From NCBI GenBank assembly GCA_003135555.1, contig PLCF01000050.1:1-31875 (forward strand): 31,875 nt of DNA, in the 5' to 3' direction. This document shows, piece by piece, positions 17,325 through 26,626 of this stretch. Every line of letters begins with the position of its first letter. Within the stretch, counting starts at the first letter, position 1. Origin of the DNA: Vulcanimicrobiota bacterium (GTDB taxonomy: Bacteria > Vulcanimicrobiota > Vulcanimicrobiia > Vulcanimicrobiales > Vulcanimicrobiaceae). The translations under genes and the position numbers were made by a program. The notes beneath the pieces were generated by a model, which saw nothing but the letters and a program-made list of their open reading frames with translations, was not told the origin of the DNA and ran no database searches.

Positions 17325-18226
17325 CCGGGCTGCTCGAACATCGGTTGCAGCGGGTTGTGCGAGGTGTCGGTCGAGCCCAGCGGGACCCCGACGGTGACCT
17401 GCGCGTCCCAGCCGTTCACGGTCTGCATGCAGGGCAGCGCCGGATCGAGCACGCTCGAGGACGCATCGCCGCTGGAGACCGAGGACATCGTGTTGAGCTG
17501 CTTTGCAATCGTCGCGTAGATGCGCTGGTGCAACGCCATCGCTTCGTACACGCCGCCGGGGCCGATCCCGTTCTGCGCCTTGGACCAGTTGCTGCCGTCG
17601 AGCATCTCGGCGAAGCCGCCCGACCACATGTTCCCGTTGGTCGTCGCGGTGCAGCCGTTCTTCGCCTGCGGCACGCAGTGGTAGAGAAACTTGAACCCGA
17701 TGAAGTACGGCGGGGCGTTGCCGTCGTCGGCGAAGTAGCTTTTCTGGTCGGCGAAGGTTTGGGCTGAGTTCATCGGCGAGCCGTCGAGGTTGAAGCCGAA
17801 GCCCGAGACCATCATGTTGGCTTCGATCGCCGCGCTCGACAGGTTGGCCTTCGGAAGAATATCGCCGATGCCGACGGCCGCGTTGGTCACGGTCACCTGC
17901 GTCTGCGCCGGACGCACGATCTGTACGCCGCCGTGGCGGTTGGTCTGGTCCGAAAGCTGATAGTCGACCGCAATCTGCGAGGCATCAGGCGCGCTTCGCT
18001 GGACGTTCACCGCCGCGTTCTGCGCGACGAGCGGAAACGGCGCGGCGATCGCGGCGTTGGGATCGTTGCCCAGAACCGAGGCGTGCGCGGCGACGAACGC
18101 CGCGCCGTCGCCCGCCAGCTGCGCGAGGCCGATCAAACCGAGCTCGAACGTGCCGAACAGGATCGTCAGCACGACGCCCAGCATCACCGCCGTCTCGGCC
18201 AGCGCCCCACCCCGGGAAAAGCTCAC
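17315..18226 (-). CDS. TadE-like minor pilin with extended C-terminal domain
   Basis: 'SRG|GALAETAVMLGVVL..LFG..E' prepilin motif; located within the tad operon. Confidence 0.78.
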   Translation of the reverse strand: MSFSRGGALAETAVMLGVVLTILFGTFELGLIGLAQLAGDGAAFVAAHASVLGNDPNAAIAAPFPLVAQNAAVNVQRSAPDASQIAVDYQLSDQTNRHGGVQIVRPAQTQVTVTNAAVGIGDILPKANLSSAAIEANMMVSGFGFNLDGSPMNSAQTFADQKSYFADDGNAPPYFIGFKFLYHCVPQAKNGCTATTNGNMWSGGFAEMLDGSNWSKAQNGIGPGGVYEAMALHQRIYATIAKQLNTMSSVSSGDASSSVLDPALPCMQTVNGWDAQVTVGVPLGSTDTSHNPLQPMFEQPGCS

Positions 18227-18402
18227 GGGCCGCTTTGCGCAGCCGTGAGCTTGTCCGAGACGGTGTTGAGCGTAGCGGACACCGCTTCGTACACATGCTG
18301 CAGCCCGACGATGGCGACGACCGCGATGAGCGCCAGCACCAGCGCGTACTCGGTGAGCGATGCCGCACCTTCGTCGCGCAGCATCGCGCCCAGCAGGTTC
18401 AT
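18223..18402 (-). CDS. flp: Flp/Fap type IVc pilin (59 aa; not in the supplied ORF track)
   Basis: MNLLGAMLRDEGAASLTEYALVLALIAVVAIVGL...: EY Flp motif; overlaps both neighbours by 4 nt. Confidence 0.88.
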   Translation of the reverse strand: MNLLGAMLRDEGAASLTEYALVLALIAVVAIVGLQHVYEAVSATLNTVSDKLTAAQSGP

Positions 18403-19835
18403 CGCGTGACGATCTCCGGCGTCATCACGAAGACGACGTCGGTTTCCTGTTTCTGGTACCGAATCGAACGGAACAGCTTGCCCAAGATGGGGAGATCGCC
18501 CAAGCCGGGGATCTTGTCGACGTTGCGCGTCTCCTGACGGCGCAGCAGGCCCGCCATGACGATGCTCTCGCCCGACTTGGTGACGACGTCGGTGGTGATG
18601 CGGCTGGTCTTGAACGACGGCAGGCTGATGCCGCCGGCGGTGATCCCGTTTTGGAAATCCAAATCGCTCACCTCGGGCGTGATCTTGGTCTCGACGGTGC
18701 CGTCGGGCAGGATCGTCGGCGTGAGGTTGAGCCGCACGCCGTATTCCTTGAACTGCACGTTTACGCTGCCCAGCTGGGTCGAGCTGATGTACGGCACCTC
18801 ACCGCCGACCAGGAACTGGGCCGCCGAGCCCGGCATCGTGGTCAGTTCGGGCGCCGAGAGCACGCGGGCGTTGCCGTTGCGGATCAACGCGTCGAGCGTC
18901 GGGGCGAGGAACGCGGCGCGAATGAAGCGCCCCAAGGTCGTCCCGCGTCCGACGGCGCCGACGTCGGCCGGGTTCTCGAAGATCGGGAACGACGGATCGC
19001 CGTAGTGCACAACGCCGCTGGGATCGACGGTTGCGCCCTGCAGCCGGATCCCCAGCTGACTCAGCGCGGTCCGGTCGACCTCCAGGATGTAGACGTGGGT
19101 GTTGACCTGCTGGGTGATGTCGAGGATGAGACGGTCGATGATCTTGCCGTCGGCGGCGAGGTTCGCGCCGGCCAGACTGCGCACGCGCTGCAGCACCATC
19201 TCGGCCGAGGCGCGGTCCTTCACGCGCCCGCTGACCATCACGTTTCCTTTGTTGTCGTAGTCGACGCGGACGTCGCGGGCATCGACGTCGCGCATCAGCT
19301 GGCTCTGGAGCATGCCCAGGGGATGGCTCACCGTGACGGCGTCGACGATGTCGTACTTCTGGTTCTTGGCCAGCGCGGTGAAGCGCCCCAGCACGTCGCT
19401 GATCCGATTGGCCTGGGTCTGGTCGGTAATGTCGCCCTTGACGATGAGCGCCCGGCCGACGGGCTCGACCGACACACCCGGAACGTCGAGCGTGGTGCGC
19501 AGCATCTGGGCCAGATCGTCAAGGGTCTGTTCGGTGACGGTAACGTCGAAGTCGTGGCGACCGTCGCGGGACCACACGATGACGGTGGTGTGCCCGGGCG
19601 CCTTCGCGTTGATGATGAGCTGCTGCGTCCCTAACGGAACGACGCCGGCGATCCGGCCATCGCCTACCGCGACGCGCGAGAGGCCGGGAGCGTCGATCGT
19701 GGTCGAACGCCCCGAGGCGAGCGAGATCGCTGCGAGCGGCTGAGCGAACGCCGGTGCCCGTACTGCGGCAATGCCGGACGGACATGCGATCGCGAGCGAC
19801 GCGACGAGAGACGGTACCCATGCCAGCGGTTTCAT
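18399..19835 (-). CDS. cpaC: Tad pilus secretin RcpA/CpaC with BON-like domains
   Basis: ATG 19835; 'RVAVGDGRIAGV....LIINAKAPGHTTVIVW' N-domain; secretin motifs 'A.FLVGGEVP', 'FKEYGV.L...P', 'KIPGLGDLPILGKLFRS'. Confidence 0.92.
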   Translation of the reverse strand: MKPLAWVPSLVASLAIACPSGIAAVRAPAFAQPLAAISLASGRSTTIDAPGLSRVAVGDGRIAGVVPLGTQQLIINAKAPGHTTVIVWSRDGRHDFDVTVTEQTLDDLAQMLRTTLDVPGVSVEPVGRALIVKGDITDQTQANRISDVLGRFTALAKNQKYDIVDAVTVSHPLGMLQSQLMRDVDARDVRVDYDNKGNVMVSGRVKDRASAEMVLQRVRSLAGANLAADGKIIDRLILDITQQVNTHVYILEVDRTALSQLGIRLQGATVDPSGVVHYGDPSFPIFENPADVGAVGRGTTLGRFIRAAFLAPTLDALIRNGNARVLSAPELTTMPGSAAQFLVGGEVPYISSTQLGSVNVQFKEYGVRLNLTPTILPDGTVETKITPEVSDLDFQNGITAGGISLPSFKTSRITTDVVTKSGESIVMAGLLRRQETRNVDKIPGLGDLPILGKLFRSIRYQKQETDVVFVMTPEIVTR

Positions 19836-19859
19836 CCAGGTTCGTTCTGCCCCCGCAAG

Positions 19860-19916
19860 CCGCGTTAACGCGTCAACGTCCCGTCGACGACAGGTAAAAG
19901 TTCCCGCGTTTACGCG
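19860..19916. promoter_or_regulatory. two copies of palindrome CCGCGTTWACGCG between the divergent tad operons
   Basis: CCGCGTTAACGCG at 19860-19872 and CCGCGTTTACGCG at 19904-19916, 44 bp apart. Confidence 0.5.
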
Positions 19917-19948
19917 AGACCTTCGTCCTACGGCGGTATGACCCAGCC

Positions 19949-20665
19949 GTGACTCTCTCGATGCGGCGTCTCGCCGCGGCAGTCGTCGCGACGACGCTTC
20001 TCGCCACTCCGGCAACCGCCCACACCGGAACCCCGCTGATGCGGGTGGCCGAGTCGGCGGGCTACGTCTACGCGTGGTCGGCGTCCGCATCGGAGGTCAT
20101 TCTCTCGCGCCCGGGTCTCACGATCGTCCTTCGTCCCGGCAACCGCCGGTACGAGATCAACGACCGCGTCGCGTACGCTAGCGAAGCCCTCGTCTATGAG
20201 AACGGCGATCTCGTCGTTCCCTCCGACGTGGTGTCCCAGCTGCGTGCGCTCGCCGGACGCACCCCGGCTGCGCGTGCCATGGAGGGCGCGCGCACCGGAT
20301 CCGCCACCGTACCCGCAACAGCGAGCGGTTCGCTGACCCTGCGGGCTCAAGCGGCGGCGGGACGCGAGGCGATCGTAGTCGACGGGACGGCACCAGCTTC
20401 CATGCCTGTCACGCTGACGCTCGTCGGCTCAATCTCTCGCGATCTCCCCGACGTGCTGCTGCGACGGATCACCGTCCAGAGCGACGGCACGTTCCATGCG
20501 ACGCTCCCCGTCGCAGCTGCGATGCCTCGCGGCAGTTCCGTCACCGTCACGGCGACGTCGCTGCCCGGGGTTTCGCCGGCCTCCGTGCGCATTGTGCTCG
20601 GCGCGCCGAACCCCGCGATCGACTCTTCCATCTTCGACCACCTCCCCAAGGACTCAACCCGCTGA
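19949..20665 (+). CDS. secreted protein with copper-amine-oxidase N-terminal-like (stalk) domain
   Basis: Signal peptide; 'PLMRVAESAGY.Y.W......V.L......IVL.PG....IN' pattern; beta-rich C-terminal half. Start may be ATG 19961. Confidence 0.6.
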   Translation: MTLSMRRLAAAVVATTLLATPATAHTGTPLMRVAESAGYVYAWSASASEVILSRPGLTIVLRPGNRRYEINDRVAYASEALVYENGDLVVPSDVVSQLRALAGRTPAARAMEGARTGSATVPATASGSLTLRAQAAAGREAIVVDGTAPASMPVTLTLVGSISRDLPDVLLRRITVQSDGTFHATLPVAAAMPRGSSVTVTATSLPGVSPASVRIVLGAPNPAIDSSIFDHLPKDSTR

Positions 20666-20679
20666 GAAGGAGCTCTTCC

Positions 20680-20853
20680 GTGAACAACGCGTTCCTCGAC
20701 ATGATGCAGGACGACGAAGGTGCCACGCTCGTCGAGTACGGCCTCGTCGTCTCACTGATCGCCGTAGCGGCGATCGTCGCCATCGGCACCCTGGGCCAAA
20801 AAGTCAGCGACACGTTCAACGCGATCGCCGCGAAGATCACGCCGCCGTCATAA
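20680..20853 (+). CDS. flp: Flp/Fap major pilin (57 aa; not in the supplied ORF track)
   Basis: AAGGAG SD plus GTG; MNNAFLDMMQDDEG|ATLVEYGLVVSLIAVAAIVAI.. canonical G|xxxxEY motif. Confidence 0.93.
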   Translation: MNNAFLDMMQDDEGATLVEYGLVVSLIAVAAIVAIGTLGQKVSDTFNAIAAKITPPS

Positions 20854-20854
20854 C

Positions 20855-21337
20855 ATGTTGCCCTTCGTTCCCATCCTCGCTGCAGCCGCGCTGGTGGCTG
20901 CGGTCAGCGATGTGCGTGCACGCCGGATTCCGAACGCGCTCACGGGCGCGCTCGCCGTCGCAGGCGTGGGCACCGCGGGGATGACGAATGGGCTGCCCGG
21001 CGTCGGCATCGCTCTTGCGACGCTCGCCGTGCTGCTCGCCGCCGGTACCTACGCGTTCGCGCGAGGCTGGTTCGGCGGTGGCGACATCAAGCTGCTCGCG
21101 GCAGGATGCTGCGGGCTGACTCCGGCGCTGGCCGTGGACTTTCTGGTCTACACCGCGCTCTGCGGGGGCTTGCTCTCGCTGTACGCGCTGGCGACGTCGC
21201 AACGGATGGTGACGGCGCTCATCACTCGGCAGCTGCCTCAAACCGGCGAACGGCTCCCGTATGCCGTCGCCGCAGCCGGCGGCGCCCTCCTCTTGTGGGT
21301 GGCACTCGTATGTCCCGCGTTCTTGCTCGTCCGTTAG
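20855..21337 (+). CDS. cpaA: prepilin peptidase TadV/CpaA (A24)
   Basis: 'SDVRARRIPN', 'GGGDIKL', 'LPYAVA'; directly follows flp. Confidence 0.9.
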   Translation: MLPFVPILAAAALVAAVSDVRARRIPNALTGALAVAGVGTAGMTNGLPGVGIALATLAVLLAAGTYAFARGWFGGGDIKLLAAGCCGLTPALAVDFLVYTALCGGLLSLYALATSQRMVTALITRQLPQTGERLPYAVAAAGGALLLWVALVCPAFLLVR

Positions 21338-22203
21338 ATACGCGCACGATCGCGCTCTCCGTCGCCGGGCTACTGGCGGTCGGGACGGGCGTGCTCACGT
21401 ACAACTACCTCGCCTCCGTGGGCCACGCGAACGCCCCGGCGGCACAGCGTGCGATCCTGCTCGCAGGGCGCACGATTCCCGCCCATGCGACCATCACCGC
21501 GGATATGCTGACGCGCGCGTCGCGCCGCGCCGATGCCGTCGACCCCGACGCTCTCGCCGCACCCGCCTTGGCGATCGGCTCGGCTACGGTCAACGAAATT
21601 CCCGCCGGGAGCGTGATCACGGCGTCCAAGCTCGTCCACTACGCCGCGGCCGGCCTGCCCGGGCGCGTTCACGTCGGGATGCGCGCGGTGTCGATCGCGC
21701 TGGACCGGGTGAAGGGCGTCTCGAACCTCATCAAAGCCGGCGACAAGGTCGACGTGATCGCCGCGACGCCGGCCCGCAGCGACACGCTGCCCAAGGTCTT
21801 CACGATCATTCGCGGCGCGACGGTGCTGTCGATCGGTCAGATGACCGAGTCCGGCGCTACGCCGGCCCCCGATAGCCAAGCCTACGCGACCGCAACGCTC
21901 GAGGTGACCCCCAAACAGGCCAACCTCATCACCCTCGCCGACGTCAACACGACGCTGCGTCTGGCCTTGCGCTCGCCCAAGGAGAGCCTGCGCAGCCAAC
22001 CGGCCGAGAAGCTCGTGCTTCCGGCGCCCTCACAGATGCGTCCCGCGGCCGCGCCGGCGCCTTTTGCGCCGCAGATGATGCCGCCGGCCGGAGGGATGGG
22101 CTTCGGCCCCGCACGCGCGCCGGTCGAGCAGACCAACCCGCGTCCGTCATCGCCCGTTGCGGTGATCGACGGCGACAAACTCGTCGCACCCGGCCGGCAC
22201 TAA
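21310..22203 (+). CDS. cpaB: Flp pilus assembly protein CpaB/RcpC
   Basis: N-terminal TM helix, SAF domain, 'GMRAVSI.....GVS.LI.AGD.VDVI', 'TLEVTP.QA..I.LA....L.LALR'. Confidence 0.92.
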   Translation: MSRVLARPLDTRTIALSVAGLLAVGTGVLTYNYLASVGHANAPAAQRAILLAGRTIPAHATITADMLTRASRRADAVDPDALAAPALAIGSATVNEIPAGSVITASKLVHYAAAGLPGRVHVGMRAVSIALDRVKGVSNLIKAGDKVDVIAATPARSDTLPKVFTIIRGATVLSIGQMTESGATPAPDSQAYATATLEVTPKQANLITLADVNTTLRLALRSPKESLRSQPAEKLVLPAPSQMRPAAAPAPFAPQMMPPAGGMGFGPARAPVEQTNPRPSSPVAVIDGDKLVAPGRH

Positions 22204-22207
22204 GCCG

Positions 22208-24316
22208 ATGAAAGGCACCATCGCAATCGTCATCGGCGCCAAGGGCGGCGTCGGCGCGACCACACTGTGCGTCGAGCTCGTTCGCGTGCTGCGCGAGACG
22301 AAGGCCTGCGGCCTCGTCGACGCCGATTTCAGCGGACGGCGCTCCGTCGCCGTGCTCACCGACAGCGTGCGCTCCTTCGACTCCGGGCGCGTCGGCGGCA
22401 ACCTCGCGTCGGCGACGATCCTGGGCGACGTCGCCGGGATCGAGTTCACCGCCTCGATCGACGGCGCGTTCACCCTCATGCCCGACCAAGTCGCCGGGAT
22501 CCTCGGCGACGTGCGCGACACCACCGAACTGGTGCTCGTCGACTCGCCGCAGCCCTACGCGGCAGCAGTCCGGCCGTTCGTGGTCCACGCCGCGCACTTC
22601 ATCGTCGTCGTCGAGCCGACGCTGCTGGGGGTGACCAGCGCGCGGGCCGTGCAAACGGAGCTGGCGCGTTTCGGAATCCCCGCCTCGCGGGTCTTTCTGG
22701 TGCTCAATCAACGTGACGGGAAGGCCGCCGTTCGGCCCGACGAGGTCGAACGCGCGCTGGGATCGCGCCTGCTCGGGAACGTTCCGCCGATCGGCGACCG
22801 CCGCTATCAAAAAGCGGTCGAGGCGCTCGCATCAGCGTTGATCGCGCTCCCGCTGCCCGAGGACATCGAGCCGCTGCGGCCGTCGGCCAAGACGCCGCTG
22901 GGCGACCGCCGCGCCGGGAACCGGCGCCCCAAGGGTGACGCGCGCCCCGAAGACGTCGCCTCGGGCAAGGCCAGCGAAGCCCACATCGTCGCCACCATGG
23001 AGCGTACCGCGCGCGAGCTGCTCAAGACCGAGATCCACGATGCGCTGGCACAGCGTCTCGACGTGGTCGCGGCCAGCGCCGCGCTCGACGAGCCCAAGAA
23101 GCTCGCCGAGCTGCGCGCGCAGATCGACACCATCGTGCGCGAGCAGCTCGCCGCCTACCCGGCGGTCTTCTCGGCCGAAGAGTTGGCGCGCGTGCGCCAG
23201 GAGATCATCGACGAAGCCCTGGGATACGGGCCGCTCGAAGAGCTGCTCGCGCAGCCCGACATCACCGAGATCATGGTCAACGGTCCGGGTCATGTCTTCG
23301 TCGAGCGCAACGGCAAGATCGAGACCACCACCAAGCGCTTCAGCGACGACCGTCAGCTGCGCGTGGTCATCGAGCGGATGATTGCGCCGCTGGGCCGGCG
23401 CATCGACGAATCGCAGCCGATGGTCGACGCGCGTCTCCCCGACGGCTCGCGCCTCAACGCCATCATCGAGCCGCTCGCGCTCGACGGGCCCACGCTCACC
23501 ATCCGGCGCTTCGGCAAGCACCGGCTCACGCCCGACGACCTCATCAACATCGGGGCGATCGAAGGCCCGATGCTGGACTTCTTGCGCGCGGCCGTCGAAG
23601 CGCGCCTCAACCTGGTGATCTGCGGCGGGACCGGCTCGGGGAAGACGACCTTCCTCAACATCCTCTCGTCGTACATCCCCGAGGGCGAGCGGATCGTGAC
23701 GATCGAAGACGCCGCCGAGCTGCGCCTCAACCAGTCGCACATCGTGCGGCTCGAGGGGCGTCCGGCCAACCTGCAGGGCGCCGGCGAGGTGCGCATCCGC
23801 GACCTGGTCCGCAACGCGCTGCGGATGCGCCCGGACCGGATCATCGTCGGCGAGTGCCGCGGCGCCGAAGCGCTCGACATGCTCCAGGCGATGAACACCG
23901 GCCACGACGGCTCGCTCACGACGATCCACGCCAACAGCGCTCGCGACGCGATCTCGCGCATCGAGACCATGGTCATGATGGCCGGCTTCGAGCTGCCCAT
24001 CCGCGCCATTCGCGATCAGATCGCCAGCGCGATCGACTTGGTCGTCCACATCTCGCGCATGCGAGACGGCAGCCGCAAGATCGTCGGCATCAGCGAGATC
24101 GCCGGCCTCGAAGGCGACATCGTCACGATGCAAGAGATCCTGCGCTATCGTCAGCGCGGCCTCGACAAGAACAACAAGGTCGTCGGCGAGTTCGAGTTCA
24201 CCGGCGTGCAGCCCGACTGCATCGCGCGCTTCCGCGAGTTCGGCGTCTCGTTCGACTACGATGCGCTCGCCGACATGGCGGGTGCGGCCCCGCTGGGCGC
24301 GGTCTCGTCGTGGTAG
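22208..24316 (+). CDS. cpaF: fused CpaE/TadZ (MinD-like) - CpaF/TadA pilus ATPase
   Basis: N-terminal 'GAKGGVGATT' deviant P-loop; C-terminal 'EIMVNG', 'GGTGSGKTT', 'LRMRPDRIIVGE.RG.EA', 'MNTGHDGS..TIHANS'; one continuous 702-aa frame. Confidence 0.93.
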   Translation: MKGTIAIVIGAKGGVGATTLCVELVRVLRETKACGLVDADFSGRRSVAVLTDSVRSFDSGRVGGNLASATILGDVAGIEFTASIDGAFTLMPDQVAGILGDVRDTTELVLVDSPQPYAAAVRPFVVHAAHFIVVVEPTLLGVTSARAVQTELARFGIPASRVFLVLNQRDGKAAVRPDEVERALGSRLLGNVPPIGDRRYQKAVEALASALIALPLPEDIEPLRPSAKTPLGDRRAGNRRPKGDARPEDVASGKASEAHIVATMERTARELLKTEIHDALAQRLDVVAASAALDEPKKLAELRAQIDTIVREQLAAYPAVFSAEELARVRQEIIDEALGYGPLEELLAQPDITEIMVNGPGHVFVERNGKIETTTKRFSDDRQLRVVIERMIAPLGRRIDESQPMVDARLPDGSRLNAIIEPLALDGPTLTIRRFGKHRLTPDDLINIGAIEGPMLDFLRAAVEARLNLVICGGTGSGKTTFLNILSSYIPEGERIVTIEDAAELRLNQSHIVRLEGRPANLQGAGEVRIRDLVRNALRMRPDRIIVGECRGAEALDMLQAMNTGHDGSLTTIHANSARDAISRIETMVMMAGFELPIRAIRDQIASAIDLVVHISRMRDGSRKIVGISEIAGLEGDIVTMQEILRYRQRGLDKNNKVVGEFEFTGVQPDCIARFREFGVSFDYDALADMAGAAPLGAVSSW

Positions 24317-25170
24317 CGATCCTTCCCTTTGCGATCTTCTTGGGTGTCGCCGGCGCGCTCGGGCTGCTGCTCGCGTCGTTCTGGCAGCGCATCACCGCGC
24401 CGCTCACCGGCCTCGCCGACGAGTATCGCCTCGCGCTCGAGCAAGCCGACATCCGGGTGCGCGGCGAGGAGATCGTGCTCGCCGTCCTGGGCGGCGGTAC
24501 GGCGGCCTGGTTCTTGGTGGTCATTCTGGGCCGGCTCGATCCGCTGCGCGGCGCGCTGGCGTTTTTCGTGGTGCTACCGCTTTCGGCGTTCGGGGCCAAG
24601 GCCGTCATCGCGTACAAGACGCGTAAGCGCCTTGCGAAGTTCGCCGATCAGCTCGAGCTGGTGTTGCGCCTCATCGGTAGCGGCTTGCGGGCCGGCCTCG
24701 GATTGCGCCAGGCCCTGGTGCTGGTCATCGACGAGCTCGACGATCCGGCGCGCACCGAGTTCATGCGCGTCCTGGGACAGGCGAACATCGGTCAGAGCGT
24801 CTACGACGCGCTCGACGGTCTGGCGCGGCGGATGCCCAGCGACGAGTGCTCGATGATGGTGCGCGGCATTCGCGTGCAATCGCAGACCGGCGGCAACCTC
24901 GCGAAGGTGCTCGACCACCTCGCCACCACCATCAAGGAACGGCGCCGCGTGTGGCGCAAGATGCGCGCGTTCACGGCTGAAGGCCGCATGACGGCCTGGG
25001 TGATCGCCCTGCTTCCGGTCATCGTCGGCGTGATGATCATGGGCTTGCAGCCCAGAATGCGCCACTCGCTGATCGAGACCGACGTCGGCCACATCGTCAT
25101 GGTGTTCGTGGTGCTGCTCGAGCTCTCGGGCATCGCCTGGCTGCAGCGCATGATGAAGTTCGAGATCTGA
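24310..25170 (+). CDS. tadB: TadB (type II secretion system F family)
   Basis: GTG 24310 overlaps the ATPase stop; 'LRAG.GL.QAL', 'Q.QTGGNLA.VL', 'TAEGRM'. Confidence 0.9.
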   Translation: MVAILPFAIFLGVAGALGLLLASFWQRITAPLTGLADEYRLALEQADIRVRGEEIVLAVLGGGTAAWFLVVILGRLDPLRGALAFFVVLPLSAFGAKAVIAYKTRKRLAKFADQLELVLRLIGSGLRAGLGLRQALVLVIDELDDPARTEFMRVLGQANIGQSVYDALDGLARRMPSDECSMMVRGIRVQSQTGGNLAKVLDHLATTIKERRRVWRKMRAFTAEGRMTAWVIALLPVIVGVMIMGLQPRMRHSLIETDVGHIVMVFVVLLELSGIAWLQRMMKFEI

Positions 25171-26021
25171 TGCTCATCGCCGTTGTAGCAGCCGCGCTCT
25201 CGGCGGCCGTGCTCGGATACCTGGGCATCACGCTGTTCGTCCACCGCTCGGAGGTCGAGCGGACGGTAGCGCAGCTCGACCTGGGCGGCCTTGAAGCCAA
25301 CCGCAAAGCGGAACTGGGTCTGTTCGCACGCTTCTTCGACGAGCGCGGGCGCACGAATCTGGAGCGCCGGCTGGTCCAAGCCGGCTGGTACAACCTTACG
25401 CCCGGCAAGTTCATGATGCGCAGCGTGGTGGCATCGGTCTCCGGGCTCATCGTCGGGCTGGCGATCCCGGTCGCGATGCACCGCCACGAGCCCTGGTTCT
25501 TCATGCTGCCGATCGTTATGGCACTGGCCGGCGCGATCGCGCCGACCTCGGCGCTCGACGGCGCGATCGCCGTGCGCCAGAAGCGCATTCGCAACAGTTT
25601 GCCCGACTTCTTGGACTTGGTCTCGACGACGGTCGAAGCAGGGATCGCGCTCAACGGCGCCTTCGCCGCCGCGGTGGACGGCGTGCGCGGGCCGTTCCGC
25701 GACGAGCTCCTGGCGGTACTCTCCGACATCCGCGTGGGGCGTTCGCGCGCCGAAGCGCTGGCCGCGATGGCGGCGCGCGCCGACGTAACCGAGCTCACCA
25801 CGACGGTCACGGCGATCGTGCAGGCCGAAAAGCTGGGCGGCGACATTGCGGGGATCCTCGATCAGCTGGCGCAGGACGCGCGCGAGCACCGCATGACCCG
25901 GGCCGAGGAGTTGGCCGCACAGCTTCCGGTGAAGATGACCTTCCCGATGGCCGTCTGCATGCTCCCCGCGTTGTTCGTGATGATCTTCGGCGCCGTTGCA
26001 GCGCAACTCATCACCAAATGA
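25170..26021 (+). CDS. tadC: TadC (type II secretion system F family)
   Basis: 'LPDFLDL....VEAG', 'G.SR.EAL', 'AEE.AAQLPVKMTFP...C.LPALF'. Confidence 0.9.
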   Translation: MLIAVVAAALSAAVLGYLGITLFVHRSEVERTVAQLDLGGLEANRKAELGLFARFFDERGRTNLERRLVQAGWYNLTPGKFMMRSVVASVSGLIVGLAIPVAMHRHEPWFFMLPIVMALAGAIAPTSALDGAIAVRQKRIRNSLPDFLDLVSTTVEAGIALNGAFAAAVDGVRGPFRDELLAVLSDIRVGRSRAEALAAMAARADVTELTTTVTAIVQAEKLGGDIAGILDQLAQDAREHRMTRAEELAAQLPVKMTFPMAVCMLPALFVMIFGAVAAQLITK

Positions 26022-26626
26022 ACCCGCACGTCGCACTCGGTGCGCTCCTGTTCGCGTGCTCCGCGATCGTCGGCCTCGTCGTCGCCGCCGCGATCTGCGC
26101 GCGGGTGGAAGCGTACGAGGACGGACCGCGGCCCGGGACGCCGCCGGTCATCGCACTCCTCGCCGGAGCGGCGCTCATCGGCGGGATCGCCGGCGCGCAC
26201 ACCGATCCGGGCCGGCTGGCGCTCGTCGCAGTCGTCGCCGGCGCCTTCGTGGCGGCTTGGTATTGCGACGTCGCACGTGGAATCGTTCCCGACGTGTTCT
26301 CGCTCGGACCGATCGCGGTCATCGCCGCCGTCGCATTCTTGTGGCACGACCCACGGATGCTCATCTCCGCGCTGGTCGTCGTGCTGCCGTTCGCGGTCAT
26401 CGCCTATCTCTCGCGCGGGCGCGGATTGGGCTGGGGTGACGTCAAGCTCGCCGCCACCACCGGCGCGCTGCTGGGCGCGTCGAACGCGCTGCTCGCCCTG
26501 GCGCTCGCAGCCTTCGCCGCCGCGGTGGGCGCGAAGTTCCGCCGCGACGCCGCGGCGCAGCCGCTCGCGTTCGCGCCGTACCTCATCGGGGCGACCGCGC
26601 TCTTCACGGCCTTCACCGCGCTGTGA
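26018..26626 (+). CDS. second A24-family prepilin peptidase
   Basis: 'CD...GIVPD', 'GLGWGDVKL', 'LAFAPYL' (PilD C-domain-like ending); no N-terminal Zn/methylase domain. Confidence 0.85.
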   Translation: MNPHVALGALLFACSAIVGLVVAAAICARVEAYEDGPRPGTPPVIALLAGAALIGGIAGAHTDPGRLALVAVVAGAFVAAWYCDVARGIVPDVFSLGPIAVIAAVAFLWHDPRMLISALVVVLPFAVIAYLSRGRGLGWGDVKLAATTGALLGASNALLALALAAFAAAVGAKFRRDAAAQPLAFAPYLIGATALFTAFTAL

